Positions 1 to 11,667 of a stretch of DNA of 64,000 bases are shown here, one piece after another (within the stretch, counting starts at the first letter, position 1; every line of letters starts with the position of its first letter). Source of the stretch: Styela clava (Eukaryota); NCBI RefSeq assembly GCF_964204865.1, contig NC_135264.1, positions 1,984,001-2,048,000 on the forward strand, read 5' to 3'. Under the pieces are notes generated by a model. That model worked only from the letters and a program-made list of their open reading frames with translations, did not search any database and had not been told where the DNA came from. The translations under genes were made by a program, and so were the position numbers.

Positions 1-1537
1 TCAATCAAATGAAGAAGATATCGCTTGCTAAATTACAACTGCATATATTTATATACTATTTCGAAATATCGAGCCAAATGTTAAAGGAAAGATTTTTTCA
101 GTAACGTAAGATTTTTTCTGTTGTAAGTATTTCAATCAGATATGTTGTAGCGAATTGTAGACTTATTCTCTTAGCAGACAAACAAATAGTTTAACCCATT
201 TTTTCTTATCGACTACAAATTTAATTTCATTCTGACAATGCTACATTCTAAAATTTACTAACGAAGAGAAGAAAAATACACGAAAGCTTGGAAGATAACG
301 AAAATAACAAACAATATGTGAGTAATACGGGTTTAATTTGCTGTTTGCAGCTTTAGTCCTGTTTCGATCAACAACATTCGCGTTTTTATATCTTACTTTC
401 AACCTAATGTTTAGTGGCGTAATATTGTTTCACTTAAAGCTATGAAATGCTTGCTTTAGTATTTATTAAACTCAATTAATTTTACACATTCATACAAATC
501 AAAATTCGGGTTGGTGGGCATCTTCGCGTTTTGGATTTAATATGAAGTCTGGTGGGAAGCATTTATGCAATCAGCTGATGCGGTTTCGTAAAATTTGGTA
601 ATTATCTTTAGTATTTGGAAACCACATCGGGAAACCACAGAGAATAGCGATGTGTACATAATACTGTTGTACATTGCGGTATAAATCCTACAGATCAGCA
701 AATTTAACTCAATCGACAAGCATATTGTTTATTCTCTACATTCCCGGGTTCAATACATATCTACCGGTAAAGCAGGGATAGTCAACCTTACTTGATTAAA
801 ACTAACTAAAATGTTTGTTAAACCTTGCGATTGACTGAATTTTGAAGTCACACAACATACCAGTACCAAATTTGAAAACGTTGATGAACTCTTAGGGCCT
901 GTTAAGTCTGCTTTAATGTGAATCTAGTTACACCAGATTTTACATCAGAGGTACCGAAAGTTTAGGCTTAAAGGAACGCACTTCGTTTTTTTGTTTTTGT
1001 TTTCGTGTTACTTTAAAATTCAGTTGATTGTAACGAACATTTTATCCGGTGTCAATCGAAGTAGATTGGCCGCCTCTGCTTTACCGGAAGAAATGTATTG
1101 AGCCCAATAAGTAATTCCGAAATCGGTGCCAGACGTATATGATTCGAAATTTCTGGATCACAATTCTAGTCTAAAAATATAAACTCGCATGCTAAATAAA
1201 CTTCAGCATCTCAAAAATTTGTGAAACGCTGTTAACAACCAAACTAGCTGAACGGCTAAATTGTACAAATATATCGATTCAAAATCAAACAGAAAACATC
1301 ATTGTATTCTATTTATTAATGATAATATATTACAGTTTGTCAATGGTAATGCACAATATAAGTTCGTCAAAAAAAATTTAATCTGTGTATAGTTAATTTT
1401 TTCTGTAGCTTTGCCATAAATGCTTTGAATCTAACGTCAAGTTTACAATATAAACGTTATGTACATAATTGATTCCAAAAGAAAAACATCTTTTGGATTG
1501 AAAAATATTTTGATGTCCACTGGCAGTCGCTGTTCTA

Positions 1538-4500
1538 TCACTCGGACAAATCGCATGAGTAGGTCTTGCTATCCTCTGGTAGTCCATGCTCAATCAGCCA
1601 CTTGTAATATCCTTGTACACGGGTGTAGATACCCCAATAATTTGCTCGATTGCACCCATACCCGCCACTGGTTATGCCAGCCAAGTACCAATCACAATTG
1701 TTGCAGCGCTGACAAACCAAAGGACCCCCACTATCTCCCTAAAATGGATAAATAGGAACAGATGAAAAAATGAATAAAAGTGACTATCAGTCCAAAATAA
1801 TCTTTACTTTTCAATGAACTGCAAACTGCAAAAAAGACAGATATAAAGATGACTAAAGAACAGCTCTTAAATAATTATGGAAGAAAATACGTAATAAGTG
1901 TGTTACATGACAGGCGTCAACGCCTCCTCCAAGTATCCCAGCGCAAAGCATGATATCGTCGTTGAAAGTACCGTGCTCATTCCGTTTATATTCTTTGTAT
2001 TGTTTTCTACATTCCTCAGTAGACTGAATAAATACTGCTCCTTCTCTCAATCTAACGGGCTCCTTAGGAGCTCCTTCGTATTCTAAAAAATCCAAATATT
2101 TTCAATTCTTATCAGCTTGCATAATTGGAAAATACAGTACGAAAACGAATTAAATTTGTTTACCATATTTTCTACACCTATGTCAAATTATTTTTCAAGC
2201 AGCGTCTAATATTAAAGTCAATATAATGCAGTGTTTATTGTTAAGTACCTGCTAATATTACGACTGTATACTTGTTTATTTTTAGCGGTTGAATCACTCA
2301 TTTTATCGACCAATACGTGGATAGCGTAATTCAGAAGTATTTTTTTATAATTTACCCATTTATAATTTATATAATTTACTTATAATTTATTTTTTATAAA
2401 CTATTATTTATAATTTAATGATGTGTGTAATATGAGAAGCAATGTGCTATATATTCATGCATACTCCATGTGTTTGTGTGTTTTATTCCGTCTGATGGAT
2501 ATATATGAGGTGCAATGAGAGCGTATCACTTTGACATCGTGGTCTTTGACCTCGATGAAGACCTCGTTCAGCTTGAATAAAATCCCATATACACCTTTGA
2601 AATATTTCTCTTGTGGCTGATTTCGGCAAAATGGATGACGTAGATAAGAAATTGATTAAAAATATAGCTCACCATCTCCCCAACCAGTTACAATGCATTT
2701 TTGTCCAACAAGAGGTTTTTCTCCTAAAGGCATCGAAATTGCCTGGATTGTATCCGTATATTTTACGGTATCTCTTAACTAAAACAATACATTCGAAAAT
2801 GTAAGTTATCAACAAGATTGATGGTCAATAAATAACCTTCAAATGTGATGAAAAAGTTTGGATTTTCTCTGCAGTCACAATCTAGGCAAATTTATTCATT
2901 TTCTACAAACACCACAATTTATTATTTTCTTATATACATTGGCCGACATATTGAGAGAAAATCCAAAACCGATAGCATTCTACATCTTATAACCATTGGA
3001 AAAATGAATTTGCGACTTTATCGTAAAAGAATATTTTGTTTATTCGACACTACAAGCAAAATAGTAATTTTTAATATAAAATAGCCATAAATGTACTGGA
3101 TGAATGGGTTAAATACAATATGCACTGAGCTATAAAAACTGGCAACTCAAAGGTGGCGTATCACAGAAAAAATGGTACTCCCGTAGTATGTAAACCAAGA
3201 TGGCGGACACCGGAACGTAGTATTTGTACCAGGTTAGGGTTAGGACATAATTTCAGGTACAAATACTACGGGAGTCACTTGGCAACGACATGCAAGCCTC
3301 AACTTCATTTCTCGAGTTAAAAATCAGAGTTGAATATAGAGATGTTAAGTACCTCACTTGGGAATATACTGTGAACACAAGTTCGTGATCGAGTTTTCAG
3401 TAATATTTTATAATAATAACTGCTTGTTTCAAAACAGGGGCTTCTTTGAAATGTATATCGTTGTTTATTTTGTATTTTTATTCAAATACCGCATCGCTGT
3501 GATACTATGTCCGATTGACTAGAAAAAAAACATTTCCTTCGACTTCCACTCTTGTGGCATCGCTTTCTCACCAAGTTAGTACTTACATTAAAGTTCTGTT
3601 ATACGATTTTAACATAATGTTTGTTTGAAATAATGGAGAAATGCTTTGAGTAAACAAAGTAAGGAAACTCACAAAACATAGCTCACGGGCCTGCAACACA
3701 CAATCCAAAAGCAGTTGCTTCGGACGCGCCCTCACCACCCAAAGTGAGACCAACTTAGCTCGGAGATAACGGTAGAAACCTACGAGGGGATTACTGGACT
3801 ACTCGACGCCACAGTGTAATTTCATGTAATGGCGTGTAGGCTACTGCTTTTTCAGCCAACGAAGTTTTTACATCCGCTTTTCTAGTTTTAACCAAGTTAG
3901 TGCAAAATATTCAGATAAAACAGCTATTTTAAACAAAACGGGAAGAAAATATTTATGTGAAACAATTGTTTTGAAATGAATCTCTTTGTACAAATCCTTC
4001 GTTCTCAGTATACTACGTCATCGAAGGTCGTTTCCGAACCGCGGTCGATTTTAGTTGAAGCGGTTTTCAAAAACTAGGTCGATTTTACATAAATATAGTA
4101 ATCGTCAAGAATTCTGAAAAAATATACGAAATCAAAATTGTATGTGATAAACCACCTTTAAGTACCATAAAATCGGTAGAGAACGAACTCAAGAAAAGTC
4201 GACGAAGTAGCGTTTATATAATAAATTCACGTACTGTTATTAAGCGAATGTCATGGTCATGTCCTGTGGCAGAGCTATCATAATTCTCATGCCCTGCATT
4301 AGAGTCTACCTCCCACATTACAACATCGCCGTCGTAGGCGGAGTTTGTGCCGAGCAGTACTTTGACAGTCTCGCTCCTGTAAATTATATAAATGTTTTTG
4401 CGAATAAAATCTACAATGTTTGGGTTGTTTATTATGTGACAATCAAAACTCGAAAAAACACCAAATTTAAGTAAGCTATTTGAGATAACACATACGAATC

Positions 4501-7500
4501 CATAATATAACAAAATGAAGAAGTTTCCATCGGGTAGACATTGATCATAGTTTGAATGCAAGAGAGAAACAATGAAATAAAATTTCGATATTATATATTC
4601 AAACTTCTATTCGTCACCAAACAGCCAAACAGACTATAACACGGAAACTGCTAAACACGGAAATGTACTCTTTTACAATACTGCGCCGTTTATACTCACA
4701 AGTCACAATGCGCCGCAGTGATGACGTGTCTATTGCTGACAAGCACTCCACCGCAGAACCATTTGCCTCTTGCAAATAATAGAGCCTGCATACAAAAGCA
4801 GTTGAAATAGAAATCTCTATTGGCCTACCTAGATTATACATTTATAACATAATATATTCTCATCCAATTTTACAATTCCTTTTACCATCGGAGTGAGTAT
4901 TCATAAATATTTTGGTGTGGGAGGAATTTTTAATTATGCGTGTCAAAATTATTTTTACAGAGTGAGTTCTTGACTAGAAGTTTTAATTAACCTGTATCTA
5001 ATGAATACAACAAGCATAGAGTGTATTGGGAATAAGCAATATGGGATAACTGCATTGGATAACATTGGAGAAAGTCGAATTTTGTCAGAAGCTAGTAAAG
5101 CACTAAAAATATCAGTACCTGCCACGGCCATTTTCCGTCATCGGCTTCGTCACCGCCGACAATTTTAGTCGTTCCTGGTAGATCATAGCAACAACTGTCC
5201 TGGCCATAACGCAATTTATATCCAGTAGGACACTCCCCTGTGAGAACATAAAGTATAAAATTGTGTATGCCATAAATACGTTACAGAGAAGCGGTGCAAA
5301 AAAAGAATTTCTGAACGTTTGAAACAAAAACTGCATGTATACCCCTTTTGGTTTATATTTAAAGATTTAATTCAATACAAATATATAAATCATTTATTTC
5401 CGATGTAAATGTAAATTCCGGCAAACGGGTAAGACAGACTACCAATTAAGAACGCAATACTTTTCCCTATTTTTAACCTCAAAATACTGATAAAAAAGCT
5501 ATTTCTTATTGCAGGGTCTCCAACACGCGGCCCGAGGCAATTTTTTTCGGCGTCATGGTTGATATTTTTCCACAAAAAAACTAAAATAGTACGATGTCAA
5601 CTTTATTATGACGAAATAAACGAGTTTCGGTCAGATCATTGTGCCCAAAGAAAGGTTCGCAAAGTTAATTGCACACTCATGTCACATACTAGCATACTCA
5701 TATTTGCAAGCAGTTTTTTTTTCAACAACAAAAATTAACAAATCAGTCTTCCGCACACGACTAACGGACGAGCATTTGCATGCTGTCTTAGGACTAGCAA
5801 ACTAACGCAAAATAAGGCCGAACATCGAGTCTCTCACCGCTACACAACGGTGCCAAATACCCAGAACGAGTGATTGAATATGTTTCATGTCTCGTTTTGT
5901 GTAAGATTCAAGTGTAATTTTAACAGATACATCCAGATTTATTTTGTTATTTTTTGTGTATCAATTCTGTACCTAATTCGTTGGTTTGTGGCCCGCTTCG
6001 TCAATAAAGTTTAAAGTTCAATGACATATTTTGAGTTGGAGACCCCTGGCTTATTGAATGTAGCCAGCCGTTTACTCTGTAAGACTTCTAACCTATAATA
6101 CACTTTGGAGTGTGATTGAAATCTCCATCATCACACCATTGACATAGAGAATTTTTCATCGAACACTGGCTCTCAGTGACATGTTTGGTCGGAAAGCAGT
6201 TTATAGCGTTTGGATTCGTACAGCTTCCTCTTGCTCGAAGTTTCGAATAGTAAAATAGTTAGAACGTAATTGTATTTAGCAATGGTGGTAACTGAGCTAC
6301 AGTAATGCACTGTAGCATGTTAGATCTTATTGATTATATTCAATAACAGATTCAATTCGTCAGTTTTAAAGCATTTAATAACTGCAAAACAAATAAATCA
6401 CATACCTTTAAAATCTAAATATACTTTTAATTTTGAATTGCGAATAAATTTAATGATGTGCATTTGTGTAATGTGGATTTGTTAGTGACAATAGATATGT
6501 ATTATACTTACGAACTACTTGCAATTCACTTACACACATCATCTGTAAAATATAAATCAAATAACTATTTATTTGAAAAAAATTATTTCTGTATTACAGC
6601 TGAAATACGGATACTCAATTTTATATGTCAATGCTATTTTGTCAATGTATTAGCATCAAGTCAACAATATAATGAACCTGTTATTTCCTTATTGTACTAC
6701 AACTTTGAATTACTGTATTTGTCTCAAACCTTTTACACATTTTGGTGTGCTTTTAGGACACCAGGAACATCTATAAATGTTTAGACAGTCTTTTCCATTC
6801 GGGGGATTCAAGTTTTCTGTCGGCCAGCAATTATCAGCATCTGTGATGTCATCCCGACGACATGCTGCACCTTTAATAAAATATTTTGATCATTGTAGAA
6901 TAACTGCAATCAATTGTGCGTCATGACGTCATCAACTACGTGTCACAGAAAAAGACCGTATGGAAGACATTGTAGTACATTACAAATCTATTTTGTAATA
7001 TAGATATACGATGCGTCTGGTCATTGTTGAAGATGTTTCAAACTCAAAAACATTTGCTGTAACTGTCTAATCTCTAATGTACAAACATGATACGTTTGAG
7101 TAAAATTGGAATCTAAAATATCAACTGTATACGAACCTCTGATGCATTTGGGTTTGCCATTGGTACAATAATGACAGCCTTTTTTAGCACAATGCTTTCG
7201 GTTTCTGGCTTTACATTTCCATTCCTTCCTATCTTCAGTTGCGATCGCGCAGTTGTCAACAGCTATTATAATATAGATGTTTTTTTACTGAAATATTGTT
7301 CAATATGGCGCAACCTCATGTCTCCAATTAAAGGATGAAAAGGCAGATAATTCTTAATAGAACGAACTAAGTATATATAATTCATTTGACATTTAATAAC
7401 ATTAACCATTTAGCATCTGAATGGTGGCGTTTGTATTAAAGTTGTTTTGTACTTCAACCCGTATAGAAATTACTCACCTGTTGGTACAATTGGTCCATCT

Positions 7501-9247
7501 GAAAACATATTAACATTTATGAAAAAAGGAATAGACCATGATTTCAAATTGATTCAGCAATAACATTGAAACTCTAGATATTTTACTGACTTTGAGTATA
7601 AAGATATTAAAATACAACACTAATATGACTAAAATAGTTATTTTCTCATAAACATGCTGTTTTATAAAATTCATTTGATCTTTTCCAATTATGTCAGACA
7701 TAGAACAAATGGTCTACAATTTTTTATCTATATTTCCTATAATTGCTTGCCCCATTGTTTCATTTTAATAAAGAGAAAATGAATGAAACAAATTTTTTTA
7801 TTTTGTATAACTCTCGCACCTCTAACGCATTGGTATTGTATGTGATGTTTACAATAAGAGCATCCTTCCTTCTTACGGCATTTCTTAGGATTGACTGGTC
7901 CTTCTTCATCATTCCAGCAATTGTCTTCTGGTTGAAGATTTGTTCTTCTACATGCCTGCCCTAATATAATAAAGAATGTAAATAAATATACTGACTTTTT
8001 CTGTATATTTCATATTTGGTATAGGAATCTTGAATATTTTTAACATGTGACTAATTTTCAACACTGCTGCAGGGTACAGTGGATATTACGTAATCAGTGT
8101 TGAAATTTGGGAGGTTCGCGTTTAGGAATGTCGTTATTAGTCAACGAACCCGCTCTCGTTATCTGGTTTAGACGTTGGACGACAGTATCAAATGGGTAAC
8201 GCGCAGCTGATGACTAGATTTATACTTGCACTTCAAAAATATGTATTCAATTAGATTAATGTAAATCGCTATCAAAGTTTAGAATTCCATCAGTGTATAT
8301 TACATAATATCAGTGAAGTTTTATGTTGAAACTATTGCTTGGTATTCATGGATCAAGCCGATATAGAAATGATATATATATATATATGTTATTACGTCAG
8401 TATTTTCAAATATTTTATTCCAAAAATAAAGTATTGCAAAAACTGAATCTTATGAATCGTCGTTTTGGTTTAAAGGCCTGCGACATAAAAAATACATGAT
8501 TTATTAATTTTTATATGAATATTAGTGTTTAGCTAATTCAATAAAACAGTGGAAAATTTTTTTAATGGAAATTTCAATGCTCGTAACAAACAGTGTGAGG
8601 ATACATCCTTAACACTTACCATTTTTAGTATATTTTCATCGTATCTTTTCTCCAAACATTCCCGACAAATTCCAACAGTCTTTTTTATACGCTAAGTTCA
8701 AACACTTGTTCGTTTAAAGTTCAAAATATTTCTGTGCAAAATTACCTTCAACGCATATTGGCTTTTGACCCCCACAAAAATAACATCCTTTCCTGATACA
8801 ATCTTTTTTTCCGCGGGCATTGCATCTTGTTTTATCGCTTTTCTTTAGATCTGAATTGCAGTTGTCAATTGCTGAAAAGCAACAGCTAAATGTTAATGCT
8901 TATGAGCATACAAAACCTAATACAAATGAGAGGATTATACCAAAATCCGGTAAAACTTTTACGTCAACATCGCTATACGCGCTTACTTAGCGATTGTGAA
9001 TATCCAGGATTGGAGATAACCTGGGGACATTTACAAAACAGAAAATAGTATGGAAAATAATATGTGAAATACTCTTAACACAGGCTTCGGAATTATCAGG
9101 GTTTAAGCTTATGGCCGAATCTTTGCTATCACTTAGCACCTAGCACTTGCTATCATTATCAGAGATTTAGAAAATATAGGAAATCTTACCTGAAAAGCAA
9201 ACGGCAATAAATGCAGCAATACAATATATATATAGAAAAGTTTTCAT
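1538..9247 (-). CDS. Secreted modular trypsin-like (S1A) serine protease zymogen with four N-terminal six-Cys repeats
   Basis: Hand-spliced with GT-AG and consistent phases. Exons: 9247-9190 (signal [19 protein letters not shown]); 8871-8746; 7960-7820; 7498-7478 (21-nt microexon DGPIVPT); 7262-7137; 6870-6730; 5237-5119 (TTK|[15 protein letters not shown]); 4785-4700 (FCGG...ITAAHC); 4376-4235 (DHDIRLI); 2778-2673 (CIVTGWG); 2082-1907 (MLCAG...DACH); 1738-1538 (GDSGGPLVC...stop). His/Asp/Ser triad intact, Asp at the S1 position. Optional exon 8691-8620 is discussed in findings. Confidence 0.88.
3174..3283. mobile_element. Partial MITE, GGTACTCCCGTAGTATG family
   Basis: Near-identical to the left arm of the complete copy at 47674-47908 (ggtactcccgtagtatg..ccaagatggcggacacc..ggttagggtt..cgggagtcacttggc). 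Confidence 0.75.
5512..6048 (+). mobile_element. Non-autonomous hAT (Charlie/Buster-like) element with a transposase C-terminal remnant, in a protease intron
   Basis: TIRs cagggtctccaac / gttggagacccctg; 8-bp TSD tcttattg / gcttattg; internal segment reads [22 protein letters not shown], like a hAT dimerisation domain. Confidence 0.8.
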
Positions 9248-10260
9248 GTTCCAATCATTTAAAAACTCTCGATGCGACTTTTCCCGGCACTAGACTTCGT
9301 TTTGTTCTTACTTGTTTCACGATTAATTAAATATGTTTCTACAAAAGAATTTAAGTTATTATAAAATATTATTTCGTATCTGGTAAAATAAAAATTCGGA
9401 ATAAAAAAATACTGATCTTTAATGCATTTTATCTGTATGTACCTTCTTTTAATGAATCATAGTCGCCAGTAAGTCTTCCCCCACGTATGGAAGGGAAACA
9501 ACAGTATTTATAACAAAAATAGAAAGAGGCACCATATAAGCCAGTGAGTGCACCGTCTACTTGACTTAGAATAAAACAAGTCAATTAGCAGGTTTTGTCG
9601 CCTACCGGGCGTAGTAACAATTTTGCAATTAACCTCATCGATCAGCTTAAGCAATCAAGTCGGAGGAACATAGAGTCGGAAGACTTTAAAGTTTTAAATG
9701 AAAACAAAAAAGAAAACACCAAATCTTTCGTTGCGAAAAGAGCTTAACTAGAGCAATTCTCTTTCAAGTTAGAAGCTTTTGTAAGCGAGTGATCTTGAAG
9801 ACATATAACCTCCATATATATATAAATATTTATTAGAATTTGATATGAGAACACACGCTGTCTGCGATCCGATATCTCTTGTTTTTTCAAAATAGTCCTC
9901 CTCTAGAAATAGTTTATGCCAAAATTATCTAGCTCGTCAGCATTGTTCAAGAAAACTGTTCAAGACTGCAAAGGCACCTGGGTGAACCGAGACAAGAGCA
10001 TGGCCGATTGAAGATTCGAATTTTATACCGGACAATCGCGTTAATTGTTGGTATATTGAGAGTTGCGCCCCTTTTTTGTTGCTACAACGCACAGGGAGCA
10101 GAATCATCTGCATATTTCCCATCTTTAATAGCCACAGCTGGAGTACAAAGTTACAATTTACGACATAACTTCACAGCCTTTTACTCTATTAACTCCTCTA
10201 CCATACGGAAGGGGGTATTTTGAATCGCAATCATTTTATTGGATCTCCGCTCAAGGAGAC

Positions 10261-10809
10261 NNNNNNNNNNNNNNNNNNNNNNNNNNNNNNNNNNNNNNNN
10301 NNNNNNNNNNNNNNNNNNNNNNNNNNNNNNNNNNNNNNNNNNNNNNNNNNNNNNNNNNNNNNNNNNNNNNNNNNNNNNNNNNNNNNNNNNNNNNNNNNNN
10401 NNNNNNNNNNNNNNNNNNNNNNNNNNNNNNNNNNNNNNNNNNNNNNNNNNNNNNNNNNNNNNNNNNNNNNNNNNNNNNNNNNNNNNNNNNNNNNNNNNNN
10501 NNNNNNNNNNNNNNNNNNNNNNNNNNNNNNNNNNNNNNNNNNNNNNNNNNNNNNNNNNNNNNNNNNNNNNNNNNNNNNNNNNNNNNNNNNNNNNNNNNNN
10601 NNNNNNNNNNNNNNNNNNNNNNNNNNNNNNNNNNNNNNNNNNNNNNNNNNNNNNNNNNNNNNNNNNNNNNNNNNNNNNNNNNNNNNNNNNNNNNNNNNNN
10701 NNNNNNNNNNNNNNNNNNNNNNNNNNNNNNNNNNNNNNNNNNNNNNNNNNNNNNNNNNNNNNNNNNNNNNNNNNNNNNNNNNNNNNNNNNNNNNNNNNNN
10801 NNNNNNNNN
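10261..10809. other. Assembly gap (N run)
   Basis: Contiguous n characters; the ORFs spanning it are artefacts. Confidence 1.
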
Positions 10810-11022
10810 ATGTAGCGTCTTAACGGCTGGACCAATCTGGATGAAATTTTCCATATGAGTTTTTGTGCGTTTTATGGAAAGTCCGGATGGAGGTTTCGTT
10901 TCCATGGAAACAACGAAAAACGAGCCGATCGTCAAAATGAACTGGCGGGCTTCAAGCAAAGGCGGAGATCCAACTGGGCGCCTACCGGCTTGTTCCGGTG
11001 TAAGTCAGTAAACACTTCGAAC

Positions 11023-11212
11023 GGTCCCATTACATTACATTTGAACCCCCGTACATTTGAACCCGTAATTTGAACCCACGACAATTGCACCTGCATACTA
11101 TTGCACCTACGAATATTTGAACCCATACTAACCCTAACCCATGGATTTTAGCATATAGATTGAACCCGCAGATATACGGATGCAAATGTATGGGTTTAAA
11201 TGTGCTGTCACC
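11023..11212. mobile_element. MITE with ~9-bp TSD (Mutator-like), family of 32316 and 32629
   Basis: Shares catttgaaccc..gacaattgcacct..ctaaccctaaccc..gtcacc; flanked on both sides by cttcgaac. Confidence 0.75.
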
Positions 11213-11667
11213 CTTCGAACGCGCACTTAAAATGTCGCAAGACTCTCAGAATGGCATCTTGTCTAACACGCCTGAAAGGGAATTCAAGCTTTTCACCTAA
11301 CAATTACGCTCATCTTTTATAAAATCCGCAATGACCAAGATAAGCACACGCACCTTTAAAATAGCGTCACAACCAAGTTTGAATTAAAAATGTTTTTAAT
11401 CGGAAAAATTTATTGAAAATTAGAAAGACAACTCTAATGCTCTAATGGTTTTAAAGAAAATGAAGTGGCACTGCGAATCTTGATTGAAACTAGCAAAACT
11501 ACCGTTCAAAAGTTCTCTTCAAATTAACATATACTTGCTTTATCTTTGTCGTAAGATTTGTTTGTTTAACGATATTTATTTAACTGCACTAAACACTGTA
11601 TACTTGGCATTCTTAAAAATTATAATACCGATACCCCAACTTCAAGAAAAATATATATTCCTATTTC

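Noticed and set aside
6990-7075. Possible linker exon between repeats A2 and B2, equivalent to 8620-8691
   Set aside because: No acceptor/donor pair giving an open phase 1-1 exon could be found.
10220-10959. Long ORFs of 194-242 aa
   Set aside because: They consist mostly of the N gap.
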